Position numbers and translations under genes: made by a program. Below, piece after piece: positions 27,835 through 40,417 of a stretch of 64,000 bases of DNA. Below the pieces are notes generated by a model, which searched no databases, was not told where the DNA came from, and was given only the letters and a program-made list of their open reading frames with translations. Position 1 is the stretch's first letter, and every line of letters begins with the position of its first letter. The stretch comes from Lytechinus pictus (Eukaryota), in NCBI RefSeq assembly GCF_037042905.1, contig NC_087254.1, forward strand, positions 28,086,001-28,150,000. Direction: 5' to 3'.

Positions 27835-28270
27835 ACTGCACCCTGAACAACGATTGAAGTGAACAGTATTTTTTTAATGCAATTTTGCACCCTTCAAATT
27901 CAAAACTGCATGGAAAAAAATGGTCTGGGTGCAACTTTGCACCCTTGGAAGCCCATTGCATCTTAAAGGGTGCAGCCGGCTAAATTTGGTACCTTTCAGA
28001 ATGCAACTATGCCCTTTAGGAAAGGTGCAAATTTCAACCATGTTCACCTTCAGAACCCTTTTCACTTAAGGTGCAAGATGACTACAACCTAAAAGGGGCT
28101 GACACACGAATGTAATGACCAAATCCTGAATCCAACACTTTTTTCTATCCTAAACCTAACATTATACCCTATTGCAACCTTAACCTATATCTAAACGAAA
28201 TAAACCCCGGAGCAATTATCGCCGGAGCAAATGTCGTGTCACCGCATCGGTTGGGTGCAAACTCTGAGCC
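27835..28270. repeat. TGCACCCT/AGGGTGCA-rich repeat, apparently interrupted by a second small element (~28095-28243)
   Basis: About 8 copies of TGCACC/GGTGCA in both orientations. The insert ends in GGAGCAATTATCGCCGGAGCAAATGTCGTGTCACCG. Confidence 0.5.
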
Positions 28271-29678
28271 TTTTTCTTATAAACATGTATTGTGAAAGAA
28301 GACCAATTTACTTTTCAGATTTTTATACCCTAAACAGGGGTTTATGTCTTGCATGGTTTTAAGAATCATTTCAAAATAAAATATTCTTTCTGCTTAACCT
28401 CCGATTTTTTATACCAATTAATCTGATAACCCCTGTTAAATTTTCACGTCTTTAATACCCAGTTAATGTGACACGCTCTTTATAAGCCTGGGGACGAAAG
28501 AAGGGCTTCGTAAACGCGATCCTAAATGAAAGCCCCCCCCCCCCCCCTCCGAGAATTATGCTTAAGTGATAGATCACATTCTTCAATTAAACACTTTGAA
28601 AATATAGGGAAGATCAAGCCAAAATCTGCATTTTCTGTCTTGAGAGAGATAAAACGGGGATGATTTTAAATGAGCGGAGGATAGCCTAAAGCGATAAATG
28701 AAAATTTTCTATTTCTGTTTTCTTAGTCGTAAGGGAATCCTCGTATCATTTGCATGTGGGCCTATTATGCATTCAATAAACGGATCGTATTGCATGTATT
28801 ACAAGATCTGTTACTGAAATAATGAAAATGTGTGACTCTAAACAGGAATAGTCTCCATGAAATTCGCCATAAGGAATGGGATAAGAATAAACATGAATTG
28901 ATGGTTGCCAACTTAAAACGACAATAACCCTAATAACGTGACGATAGAGGGGGAGAGAAACTATAATCAAGGGAATTACATATATTGCATAAGTATGGTT
29001 GATTGGATATAATGTGAGTTTAATACAAGATTCAATATTTGTTCCATGCCTGTGCTCACTTTGTGCGATAATTAAGTGCGTCTCTTTTAACGTTCCCCAG
29101 TGGGGAGTTGACTCTCACGAGCGTCACAGTCAGCGAGTCTCAACGGGCCCGTCGTGCCGGGGTGTTACTATACAGAAAAGGCATCCTATAAACTATCTCA
29201 CCACCGCTTCTCTGTGCATGCGACATTTTGACACGTGTAGCTGCCTTATGATAATAATCCAGTCGCTCACTATCTGTCATCCAATTATAATTTATCTTAT
29301 TCAATTTCAAATTCCTGTTACCTCTCGTTTCTCTTTTCTCCCCTTCTCTTAATGTTTCTTGATATGCGTTTGAAAATGCGGGAGAGGGTTTTTATAGATT
29401 CTATCACCTCCCAGTGCGCTCAAAGCGACTCCCTGTAGATATTAACACTGCGTCGCGATTTCGGTCGACATTTATAAATGGTTTTGGCGGGAAAACAATT
29501 TGTGATTATCATCAACTAGAATTCAAACCTATTATCATTATTTAATGAAATATGAGAATGTCTAAACATTGGAAGCTTAAACTGACCTCAAATTTAATAT
29601 GAAATTAATGAAGGTGCGTTAGGATTTTTTTTTCTAAACGTCTATGGTGACGCTTATTTTTAAATGCTTGTTCATTGA

Positions 29679-30131
29679 AGGGCAAGTCCACCACAACAAA
29701 AAGTTTATTTTTATAAAAAGAAAACAAAATTCTTAAATACATAACGCTGAAAATTTCATCAAAATTGGATGTATAAAAAGAAAACGGTTATGACATTTTA
29801 AAGTTTTACTTATTTTTAAAAGGCAGTTATATGCACAACTCATTGATATGCAATGGAATAATCCCCTATCACTATCTCTTTAGGTTTTTTATTACATGAA
29901 ATGCGGTATAAAAATATTTCGATTATCTCCACATTGTCATGTGACATCATCAACTCTCTCATTTGCATATCACTGAGTTGTGCATATAACTGTTTGGTGA
30001 AAAATAAGAGAGACTTTGAAAGACATAACCTTCTTATTTTACATCCGATTTTGATGAAATCTTCAGCGTTGTGCTCGTTTGATATTTCTCTCTTCATTCA
30101 TATCAAATTTTTGTTACGGTTTACTTAACCT
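29679..30131 (+). mobile_element. Non-autonomous DNA transposon family B (AGG..CCT termini at TTAA-like sites, Kolobok-like)
   Basis: AGGGCAAGTCCACC ... TTACTTAACCT-TTAA with long subterminal inverted repeats (TTCATCAAAATTGGATGTA / TACATCCGATTTTGATGAA). Homologous to the copy at 49042. Confidence 0.8.
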
Positions 30132-30230
30132 TTAATGAGTGATGAGCAATAATGTTCGACCATGAAGATACTTATTCAACCAAGATGCTAAGTCATGTAA
30201 GTAGTCCAAATCGCAGTATACGTGATAGTT

Positions 30231-30305
30231 GGTGTGTGTGTGTGTGTGTGTCTGTGGTTGTGCGCGCGTGCGTATGGTGGGTTTGTGGGTGTGTGTGTGT
30301 GTGGT
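30231..30305. repeat. (GT)n microsatellite
   Basis: Visible dinucleotide runs. Confidence 0.85.
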
Positions 30306-30757
30306 GGTGAGTGCGTTTGAGTGTTTGGCAGAGGCGTAGACAGCGGGATAAGAGGAAGAATGCACCTCCTTAAGTTTCCACGTACAATCTTTCCCCTTAA
30401 GGTTTCAAGATAGAAAAAAAATATTTAAAAAGATAAAATAAAAATAAGTGCAGAGTTTGAGCTTTCTGATAATATAAATAGTATTTGTGCCCAAAACAAA
30501 AATTTTGCACAATTTGCAATAGAAAACAGAGGAGGAAAATTCTCTTTGAGGCATCTTTTCAGGCCTGATATTCACTTATTTATCAAAATATTTCATTAAA
30601 AAAACATTATAAAAGAGCTACATTTACTCTTTCCTATGGTACAAAAATTATAAATTGTACTTGAAGAGAAAGTGGTTAAATTCTCTGAGAAAGAAAGTCC
30701 CAAAATCATGAGATTTTGCAGGGATATGATTTCAGCCATGAGAGGACTTGTATAAAT

Positions 30758-30999
30758 CTTGCTCATTTGCTCATTAGCTTATAGGGACCTACAGAATGAC
30801 TGAGAATGAATGCTTGTAAGCAAGCAACCAGAGGACATAAGGTTTAAGGTCCTCTCCGAGCATGCCGAGGTAATGAGGATAAATGCCTTAGCAAATGGCA
30901 CTAGTGTACCAAGTGGGAATCGAACCCGGGTCACCGGAATCCAAACTCCCAGTTCTACCGACTTAGTTATATCACGTCTCATTGGAATGGAATATCCCC
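30758..30999 (-). mobile_element. tRNA-derived SINE
   Basis: Minus strand has box A-like TAACTAAGTCGG, box B GGTTCGATTCC (30926-30916), body GTGCCATTTGCTAAGGCATTTATCCTCATT and a short (AATGAGCA)2 tail. Confidence 0.8.
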
Positions 31000-31199
31000 A
31001 ATGCACGCCCGCAAGCACACATAATACACAATCTTTTTTATTAATAGATTAGTGATACAACAGTGATATTAATAGTGATCTGATACAACTATCGTGATTT
31101 ATAAACCGGTTCATCAGTTATCAAAATCGGTTAACATAATGAAAAACAAAGGGAAATTGAAAGTGTGTTTGAGTAGGAGTGCGGGTGTGTGTGTGCGTG

Positions 31200-31267
31200 G
31201 GGGATATTCCATTCCAAGGAGGCGTGATAGCTCAGTCGGTTTAGCGGTGGTTTCGGATTTCGGTGAC
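31200..31267 (+). mobile_element. Truncated 5' head of the same SINE family, inverted relative to the 30758-30999 copy
   Basis: Shares GGGGATATTCCATTCCAA, box A TAGCTCAGTCGG and GGATTTCGGTGAC, then stops before box B. Confidence 0.75.
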
Positions 31268-34200
31268 TACCAATGAAGTAAATAAGAGGGGTAAAAGTTT
31301 TGTCTTGTTCTGACAAGGAAGATAAGTGAGGGAGGTATCGGAATTAAAAAAAAACAGAGTTTAACATGCACAAGGTCATGATCAAGATGGCTCCACTGAA
31401 AAGGCTTTGCCTTTCTAGCTCTCTGCTCATTCTTCTTAAGTTTTTTTCTCGGTATTTCCATGTCATGATCAATACTGTACTTTAATGATTTTCTTTTAAA
31501 ATAACTTTGAATGTACTCTGCTTTGTAGGTAATTTTTACATCAGTGTATTTTATGATGAATGGAATAAATACGACCAATGAAAATACAATTCGATTCAAT
31601 CATGAACAAACGTATTATGGTGACACAGAAAGATGATACAAATAGAGAAGGCGCAAAGAGACAAGAAGGCAGAAAGGGTGAACATTGAAAAGTGGCGAAA
31701 GAAAAAAGACGACTGTGATTATGGAAATGAGATAGACAGAGGTGGGGAGGGAGGGAGTGGGAATCTGCATCAAGTCCTGGGCCTATAGGTCCGGAATTAA
31801 CTCTCGGACATACGGATAGACACTAACCGACAGCAGACATAATACACCGACACATAATAAGACACATACATGCAACATACACTGTACACATCCAGACGCC
31901 AGAGTACAGACGAACAGACGCACGAACAAAACAATAAAAGTGGTTTCAAGATTGATAACCAACTCTCTGGTCTGATGGTGAAGCGAACGTGATTTCTTTA
32001 AAAAAAATAAGAAGAAGAAAAGAAAGAAGAGGAGAGAGAATCACAGAGAAGATCTCTTAAAAGTCAAATGAAGACAAAATCACGGCATGGCAGAGTGTTC
32101 AAGTACGGGATGAGATTGGTTGAGTGAATTAGACTTGGAAATGAGTAGAGAGGGCGAAAATATAGTTGTAGGTATTTGGTGAGCCAGTTGATGAAGTACC
32201 CCCCGTATGATCGGCGAAGCGCTGGGCTCGCTTCGCACACCTGAGGGGCGGATATGTGATACATGACTTCTGCGTCATATAATACAGCCGTCGTTCATCA
32301 TTTTGTTCTTACTTCTCACTTTCTGGCCAGATTAAACCTTTATCGATACACATCAGTCCTGGATATTCACTTTTTTTCTCCAATTATTTTTTCTCTGAAG
32401 GCGAGAGGGTGTGTTGATGATCTGGGAAGATGGAAATAAGCGGTGAATCTTTATAATTATCTTCTCTCGAATTTTAATGGAATCGAGCTTGCGAAGAGTG
32501 CGTCGCTTTGCGTGTGCTCAATGCGCACATAATGCCTTAACGTGCTTTGCAAAGTAGCACTCTTGATATGTGATTGGATAGAAAATGTTGTTCATATTCG
32601 TACTTCTTTGTTAAAATGATTTAAAAAATCAATTATTTTTTTCTTTCACTTAGGCAGACCTTTCAGATCTGGAACAATGGCTTATGATCTCCACGAAATG
32701 TAGGCCTACAAAAATAAAGCTCGTAAAATAAATAGCATACTGTAGAAAACTTTATAATTTTGTGCTTTTTAATTGTTGGCACAATAATGATTTTTAATAA
32801 GTGGTAAAACTGAAGAAAGAGAACGAAATGAATTAAAAGCGAAAAGTTACAAGATATTGGCGACGACCCGGCAGAAGCGTGAGAAATCTTTGGTGGTAGA
32901 TAGAAAGAAGAGGTTGGTGGATGGAGGACTCGGTATACCTTGTCAGCTAACCCCTTAGGGTGCATGCATCCCTTGCTTAGCCCAGCCTCCGGGGGATACC
33001 GGGGAAACAATTCCGCATCCAATTCCTGATGGAAACAAATTCATGAGAAGACAGATTGAGGAGACAATAACATCAAGCCCCTACACCACTGTGCAAATAC
33101 ACGCCGAATTGAAATTGGCATCGAGGCGAGAAAATTTATTAAGAGGACTCGGGCAGACTATGCATTTTATGAATGTGTAAAGTGATAAATTTGGCGCGTT
33201 TTTGCCGAGTGATACTTCTTCGAACGTGGTGGGGAATTAAAGTCCGTCGCGATTGCCCTCATTTTCTTAGGTCGTCTCTCTCTCTTTATCTTTCCCTCTT
33301 TCTTATCATCCTTTCATGCTTTTTGGTTGTGTCTCTGCTCCTCAGTGCATGGGTTCCCATCCATCTTTGCCCATAGTTTTACACCTTGTTCGCTCTATGA
33401 CGTGACAATATACTAGGTGTGAACACTATGAATAATAGAGAAGTCTTCTTCGCTACCCCCGTCCCCTCCTGAATTTACAAGAATGAGGATGATAATGATG
33501 AAGAAGAAAAAGAAAGCAAGAAGAAGGAAAAATGAATATAAGGGAGAGGGGGAAAAAGAAGGGAGGAGGAGGGATCGACGAAAAGAAAGTACATACTGAG
33601 TATAATGTGAGAGGGGACAAAATGAAACGATTATAAATCAGATGACGAAGATGAAGAAGTGAGGAGTGGGAATTGTTTGGAAGGAAATTTAATTTCAGTG
33701 AGGTAGCGTTTCACAAAATGTCATCGAATCATGTTAACCCAAAATCTCAGTAGTGCGATTCGCTCTCACTTTTTTTTTCTTCGCGCTCTTTCGCTGTCGT
33801 CTGACGATCGCTCGACGCGCGTAAATAATGACTCGAGATATCCTTGTCGTGGTGTCCAAGTTTTGTTTGAAGTCACAGCGAATCGTTTCGGTCGTTATTT
33901 ACTCAAAATGGGGACATTAATTATGTTGACCTATGAAATATTTGCCCTCCTTTGCCAATGCCCCCTGTGTAAATCAGACACTTACATACTTCAATATCAC
34001 TGAACGGATTTTACAATGTTTCATTTATCTTGCGGCATATTGACTCCTTAGAAATCTAGAATAGCAAAGGAATTTTCTCGAAATGAATTTCAGTCTCTTT
34101 ATATGAAAACGTAAGGTATAACTCTATCATAATTCATTTTATTTAGGTCATATCAGAGTAAAACTTGATCATGGGGTATTTTTCTTTACCTTTATTGCGC

Positions 34201-37200
34201 AAAATTTTTATTGAATTTGGCGCATAGAATGTGGCGTCGCCAGACGTTTAGCAAGATAAACCACCATAAAAAATAATGTCTTTAATAAAAATATTTAAAG
34301 ATTAAAAGTGTGAAAAAGATGCTCGGACAAAAGTATAATTTCCCCATCCTTGATATTCATCCATCTATTCAAACTTCATAATGACACCCACCACTCCCCC
34401 CCCACACACACACACATACTCACATACACTTCAAATAAAGATATATTAGAATGTATCTTTAATTACTACTTTCTTGTTTGTTTGTTTGAAGGTTGCAATA
34501 CGGCCTCCCCAGCGAAACAAATCACACCGGTGATACGTCGATGTTCGGCCTTTTTTTTCGGTCTGAAGCCGGTTAGGTTAGTGTGACTTGAATATAAACC
34601 TATATGTGACATTAAAACTATTTGAATTGGGTTTGAGATCACCATGCAATCGGGTCGCTGGATTTCGTCATTACTTTATTTGTATTACTCAGTGACCACT
34701 ATAAGATGGAGTTTCGTTTAACTATTCCCTTTTACTGGATTCCCTTTACACTTACTTCTGCGTCCTCGTGCTCTCACTAAATTATTTGGACAGTAGAAGA
34801 TCAAAAAGTGAGGGGTTATTCCGCCCCCCCCCCCCTCCCGTCACCTCCTTCCCTTTTACTAACGATTCTATTGGTCGAAGCTTGTCCTCTCACCTTGGAT
34901 GAAACCTGCATCCTGTACTGAAATTATATACTCTTAATTGGGTAAAAGTAGAATATCTGTAATGTTTATGTGTCTTTAGGTTTTTTAAGTTAAAATGAAA
35001 TATTTGATAGAGGCTAGACGAGCTAGAGATGACGTCATTTTTCTTTCTCAATTAAATTACAGGGGTATATCATGTATATCAACGACAGAAATCTTTTTAT
35101 ATTCTTGTTTATTCCATTTCGTCCTGTTCTTCTCTTTTTTCGTATTCTATCTTTCTTTTTCACTAGATGGAAATTCATATAGGGGGTATCGCTCATGTCC
35201 CCAACGTAGTACCAACCCTATCAACAACAGTAAATATTTAAGAGGTAAGAATAAGGGTAATAGGTTTCGAATCGTTTTTTAAAGGATACTGTTTTTTCCG
35301 TTGTCTATAAAGAGGGGGGTGTCACTCGTCTGATATGACGACACTAATTGAAGTAGTTTGTCAAATAAATTGGGACAGGAGATTGCCAACAGATCATCAC
35401 AAACTGATTTGTAAAAGAATAAAATAGGCATTGCTCATCTTCACTCAAAATAATGGCAAGAGGGAGAGGTAGGGGGTGGGCGAAGGGGGTGGAGGGGGAG
35501 ATGGCAGAGGTCCTTACAAAGAAAATGTGTTAATGAGTGAAGATTGAAAGTATTATTCCAGTGGATATAGAAAAGGAGAGGTGGTTTTGACGGACATGGA
35601 GTGAGAGTGTCGAAAATAAAATACAAATGAGAAAAAAGGGGATAAAAGAAATAATTACAGAAAGAAAGAAGGAAATGACTATTGGAGAGAAGAGGAAGAT
35701 GAATTGACAATGAAGGACCAGAAGAAGAACATAAAAACTACTAAAAAAACAAAGAAAAAATAAACTAACAAAGTAGAAAATGCAAGAATGCAAATGGGGT
35801 TAACAAAAATATGGAAGCACACCCATGCAACAAAAATAGAAAGTTTTTATTTGTTAATTTTATTTATTATTTCACATGCCACAAAAACATGCATCTTCAG
35901 CTAATGAGAAAGAAAATAATGACAATAATGCATTTCTAGACATAGGATCCCAGAAAAAAATAACGATTAAAAAAACGTCAAGCTGTCAAGAGTACAGAAA
36001 AGAAACGAAAAAAAAAAGAAATGACAAATCAGACTTAGGAAAAGAAAGTGTTTATAATTTTGATAATTGGAATTGATGGTTCAAAAATGGTGAGCGGTGG
36101 GGAAAGAGAGAAGGGAAATTTTGCCTGACATAATATAGATGGAAAACTTTCCACAATGAAAAAAAAAACCCACCATAGTCGGACAATAATGATAGCATTC
36201 TAACATGAAGAAGAGTGGGAATGGGGTACATGGAGGAGAGGAGATGGAATAGGGAGAGAAGGGGTAGACGGATAGAGGGGTAAAAGAATCAGTTGGTTCG
36301 GGGGGAAAGGAGGTGACATAACTGGGTTTGGGGTTTGATGAGGCTTCGTGGAAGGTGTGATGTACTTGGGATGTCCTGACAGTCATGACTGATGCAGGCT
36401 GCGTCTCGGGGAAACCAAATTGGCAATCATTGCCTCGAGATATCGCCACCTCGTAGCCGAATACAAATCACTTCTACAACAGAATATCGCATTCAATTAT
36501 TATTTTATAGATGCATGCCTCCAATATGAAAATGGAGGGACCATTATTCGAGCGGGGGAGAGAGAAGGGGGAGATGTAGTGATGAGAGGAAGTTAATTCA
36601 AGTAAGAGAGATATCAGAGTAAGAGAAGAAAGGAGTGAGAATATAAAATGCAGATGAAATAACGTTTATTGTTTGTTCATAACATAAACAAAATGACATA
36701 CCTACGATAGACATGATAGAAACAATATTTATCGGCATGCATACTACCATGTTACATGTCCTAACAAATAACACAACCCCCCCCCCCCCCCCCCTCTCTC
36801 ACTCCATCCTCCTACTCTCTTATACCACTAAACAGCAACTAAATTAAATTTCCTCAGGGAAAACGAAGTAATTACCGGAGTAAATATTAATAAATTCTTA
36901 ATGTGATCAGAAAACAATGGGAAATGAAATCATGAATAATGTTTATTGGTCTGTTCTGTATACATTGTATAATATATGTAAACAAAAAAAGATCGTATGT
37001 TCCTATGTACACAAACAATGGTGAAAAATAGTTGTTGATTAATTAGCACGCACTCCTTATCCCCTAATGCTAATTCGCTGTCGGAGAGTGTTGATTTATT
37101 CATTATTCCTTTTCCCTGTTTACAAAATCCTGACTGCAAGAACTTGGCAATAAGAAGAAAAGAATTTTGATGAAGAAGCGGAGGAAATGGCAGACGTTTG

Positions 37201-40200
37201 CATGATTATTATCAATTCATGTCTGATGAAAAATGTTAAAGCCAGTTTCAATTTCATCAATTCTGGATTATTTATTTAAAAAGATGTCGTTGAGAACCGC
37301 TAATCCATCGTTCAAGAAAATTCATCAATTCCGCTTCCATTTCGCTACCAGGATCTAGCAACGACGAATCAAATGACAGATGTGAAGCCTGTTTATTTTA
37401 AGTTAGGTGAGGGAGCCATTTATAAAATGACAAAATCAAATATTTTTTAACTCACTCGGGAAAACTATATTATTACATTATGGCCCAATGAAGTATGCAG
37501 CAATTTATGTACATTGAAATGAAGAAAAAAAATAAAGATTGACAAAAATGTGGCCCTCGCTCAAGAGATATCACGTTTGTCTCTTTATCTTTTTATAATG
37601 TTCAAGTTCGATGAATAAAGTGTTCCTTTGCAGATTATATGCAAGTTTCGGAAATTTTAGACTCCGATTTAGGAAGTGTTCCGTTGTCTCACAATGTTTT
37701 CATTTTGTTTCCCTTGTATTTTATTGTGGTATTACTATCAAAATATAGTGGTTCTTCTTTTTAGAATGTGGTTCGCATTTGCGCCAACGCATCGTCCCCA
37801 GCCGTATTTATTCATTTAAAATAAACATTCATTTTCTTCCATTTCCACAAAATACTGTTTTTCATCATAGATTATATACAATATCATTTTCATAAAAAAA
37901 TATAACTATATAACAGATTTGTTAACAGAATGATTTCTTTCAATTAGTTACATAGTTAGCGAGGCGAGTTGGATATCACAAACCCCCCCCCCCCCCACCA
38001 CACTCATTTGAAATGAACACATTACTTAATTACATTTATGTCACTCGTGTACGTCGTCAGAGAAAAGGCACTGTTTATATTACTCAATACGATAATTATT
38101 TCATATATTTTTGTAAAAGAGATTTGTATTAAGATGAGACACCGACAGCAAACTGTAAATGTTAATAGATTCAATGGATAAATTATTCTTTAACTTAGCC
38201 TATATATGCGGTGGTTCATTTACATAATTATTCTGCATGAATTATAGTTCAGATTTTAATCCATCATTTTTTTTGAAAGCCAACTAATCACTCAAACCAA
38301 CTTTCATCCGTTTTGTGTGAAAACAAAAACAATTTACTAAGGTCTTACTACTTAATTGAAAAAAATTATTGTTCTTCAAAGATTTCATGTTGTATTAAGA
38401 GTAGTTAAATGAACCTTTACGAACATGAATCCTCTGTAATTTATCATATTTTTTATAATAATTACCTTCTCCAATTGGATTTATTTAATATTTTTTATAG
38501 CTCCTATCCATTCATTTTCCCGTTTCCTTCATAAACAACAATTTTTCTAAAAACAAATATGGTCGAGTTGCATTCGTTTGTCTCTTGTCCTACTTCTTCT
38601 ATCACTTTTCAAGGACTTACGGTCCCTTTATTTCTTTTTAAGAACCCCACATGTTACTACCTGTCTCCCATCGGAAACTCCCTCCACCAAAATGTTTAGC
38701 TGTACAGCATTTCGGGTCATTATCGGCCAAGATTATAAGCCTGTTTCCCCCCGTTCACTCACCGAGCCCCCCTCTTGGTCTCTCGCGTTCGATCTCGCGC
38801 TAGAGCTGCATGACCGCGGGCGATCCAGTGCTAGTCAAATACAACACTCGGCAAGATGATACCGTCACAAACGACTTCTCATATCCTTACTTGCTTCCCT
38901 CTTTTCCATTTCCGTGCCAGATCCATCTAATAAAAATTCATGCCCTCTCCCAATTTAACTACCTTTTAATTCTCCCTTCCCCTCCATGGGCGCTGTTTAA
39001 TTCCCGCCAACAGAATATTGGCCATTTTGTATTTGTTTGCACGCGATCTTGTGTCTTATGTTGTTCTATGATCGGTGTGTCGCCCCCATGCCCCAGCAGT
39101 ATCTTTCTCCTATTCATTATACACAGAAAGCTCTTAGAGGTCCCCGGGGTGCTGGTGAGACGGATAAATCGAATACGGGGGGGGGGGGGGTATTGACATT
39201 ACCACTGGTTGGTAAAGAAACAAATTATACATGAAGTTGTCAACTTTGCTTGATGGGTCACTTAATAATGATATTACCCCAGAGCTATAAATTTGATTGG
39301 AAGATGTGTAATTTGCTTTGTTATTCAATTCATATTGCACTACAAAAGGCCTCTTGAGGCATCGTTCGGTTTATAATTAACTGATAGTTCATTGCAAGAT
39401 CAAAATGTAATAATAAGGCGGATTGATTGCATTAGACATCAAGTTTGCTTCCACAATATGATTGTATATTTATTTTTTTTAATAACCGGGATGTTTTATT
39501 AATAATTATTTTGTTTCAGTGTGAAGGAAATTAACTCGTTGAATACTGATTCTTATTAAAGTTTTTTGAAGTTCACTTTCCAATTTTTGCATTTTTTGAT
39601 ATACATGGTTTTTATTCAAATCTTCTGTTAATCAACTATTTCTTTCAAATTGTAATGTTTTTTCTTGAATACAGTGTTCAGCTCAGCACCAAGTCGTAGC
39701 TTTGGAGATATATTGCAGAATCAAACAATACTTTTATCTTGTTGAATTTGTTGAGTTGTAGCATATTCATTACTCCTTTTTATTCTGTTTTTCTTTTCCA
39801 TTTGTATCGAGTAAAGCTTGTGAATATATAGCTTGACATCCATTAAATTATCTCTTCTTGAGTGAACATTGAAAGTCATCATCCTATTTATATTCCGCGC
39901 CTTCTACTCGGGAAATCGAATTCAGCAGCCGGAGCAAATCTCCGCCCGGGGCAACTCCTAACACCTTCCGTCAAAACGGTCGAGTTAATTGTGTGTGTGT
40001 ATCCGGTATTAATACGCCCCGTGTAATAGGCTAATCAAAGCTTGTATCCACGGATAATGAAGGGCGACTCGAGGCCAATGATGCGGCGGTTGCTAGGGGG
40101 AGTGGTTAGCTGGCAACTGCAAATGTTCTTTGGACATAGGTGTCAGGTAATGGGTTTGATTTAATGTTAATGATGGACAGGTCGATAATGATGTCTCTTA

Positions 40201-40262
40201 CAATAATACGTGGATGATGGCCAAAGGAAAAAAAAAGAGACTTGATAATGCGTATCCACATT

Positions 40263-40347
40263 GATGGTGATGATGATGATGATGATGATGATGATAATAA
40301 TGCTGATGGAGGCTGCTGCTGCTGCTGATGATGATGATGGTGATGAT
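40263..40347. repeat. (GAT)n/(GCT)n compound microsatellite
   Basis: Visible trinucleotide runs. Confidence 0.9.
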
Positions 40348-40417
40348 TACCATACCAATGGTTGTAAAGGCGATTAAAGTGTTGAAAAAGACATGATGTG
40401 ACTTGATGATGGTGATC

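Noticed and set aside
28135-28200. CCTAAC/ACCCTA motifs as telomerase RNA template or telomeric repeat
   Set aside because: Degenerate and embedded in a small dispersed-repeat-like element, with no (TTAGGG)n array.
30900-30985. Possible tRNA gene (also 25868-25931)
   Set aside because: Boxes A and B are present but there is no complete cloverleaf or acceptor stem, and the sequence continues into a SINE body.
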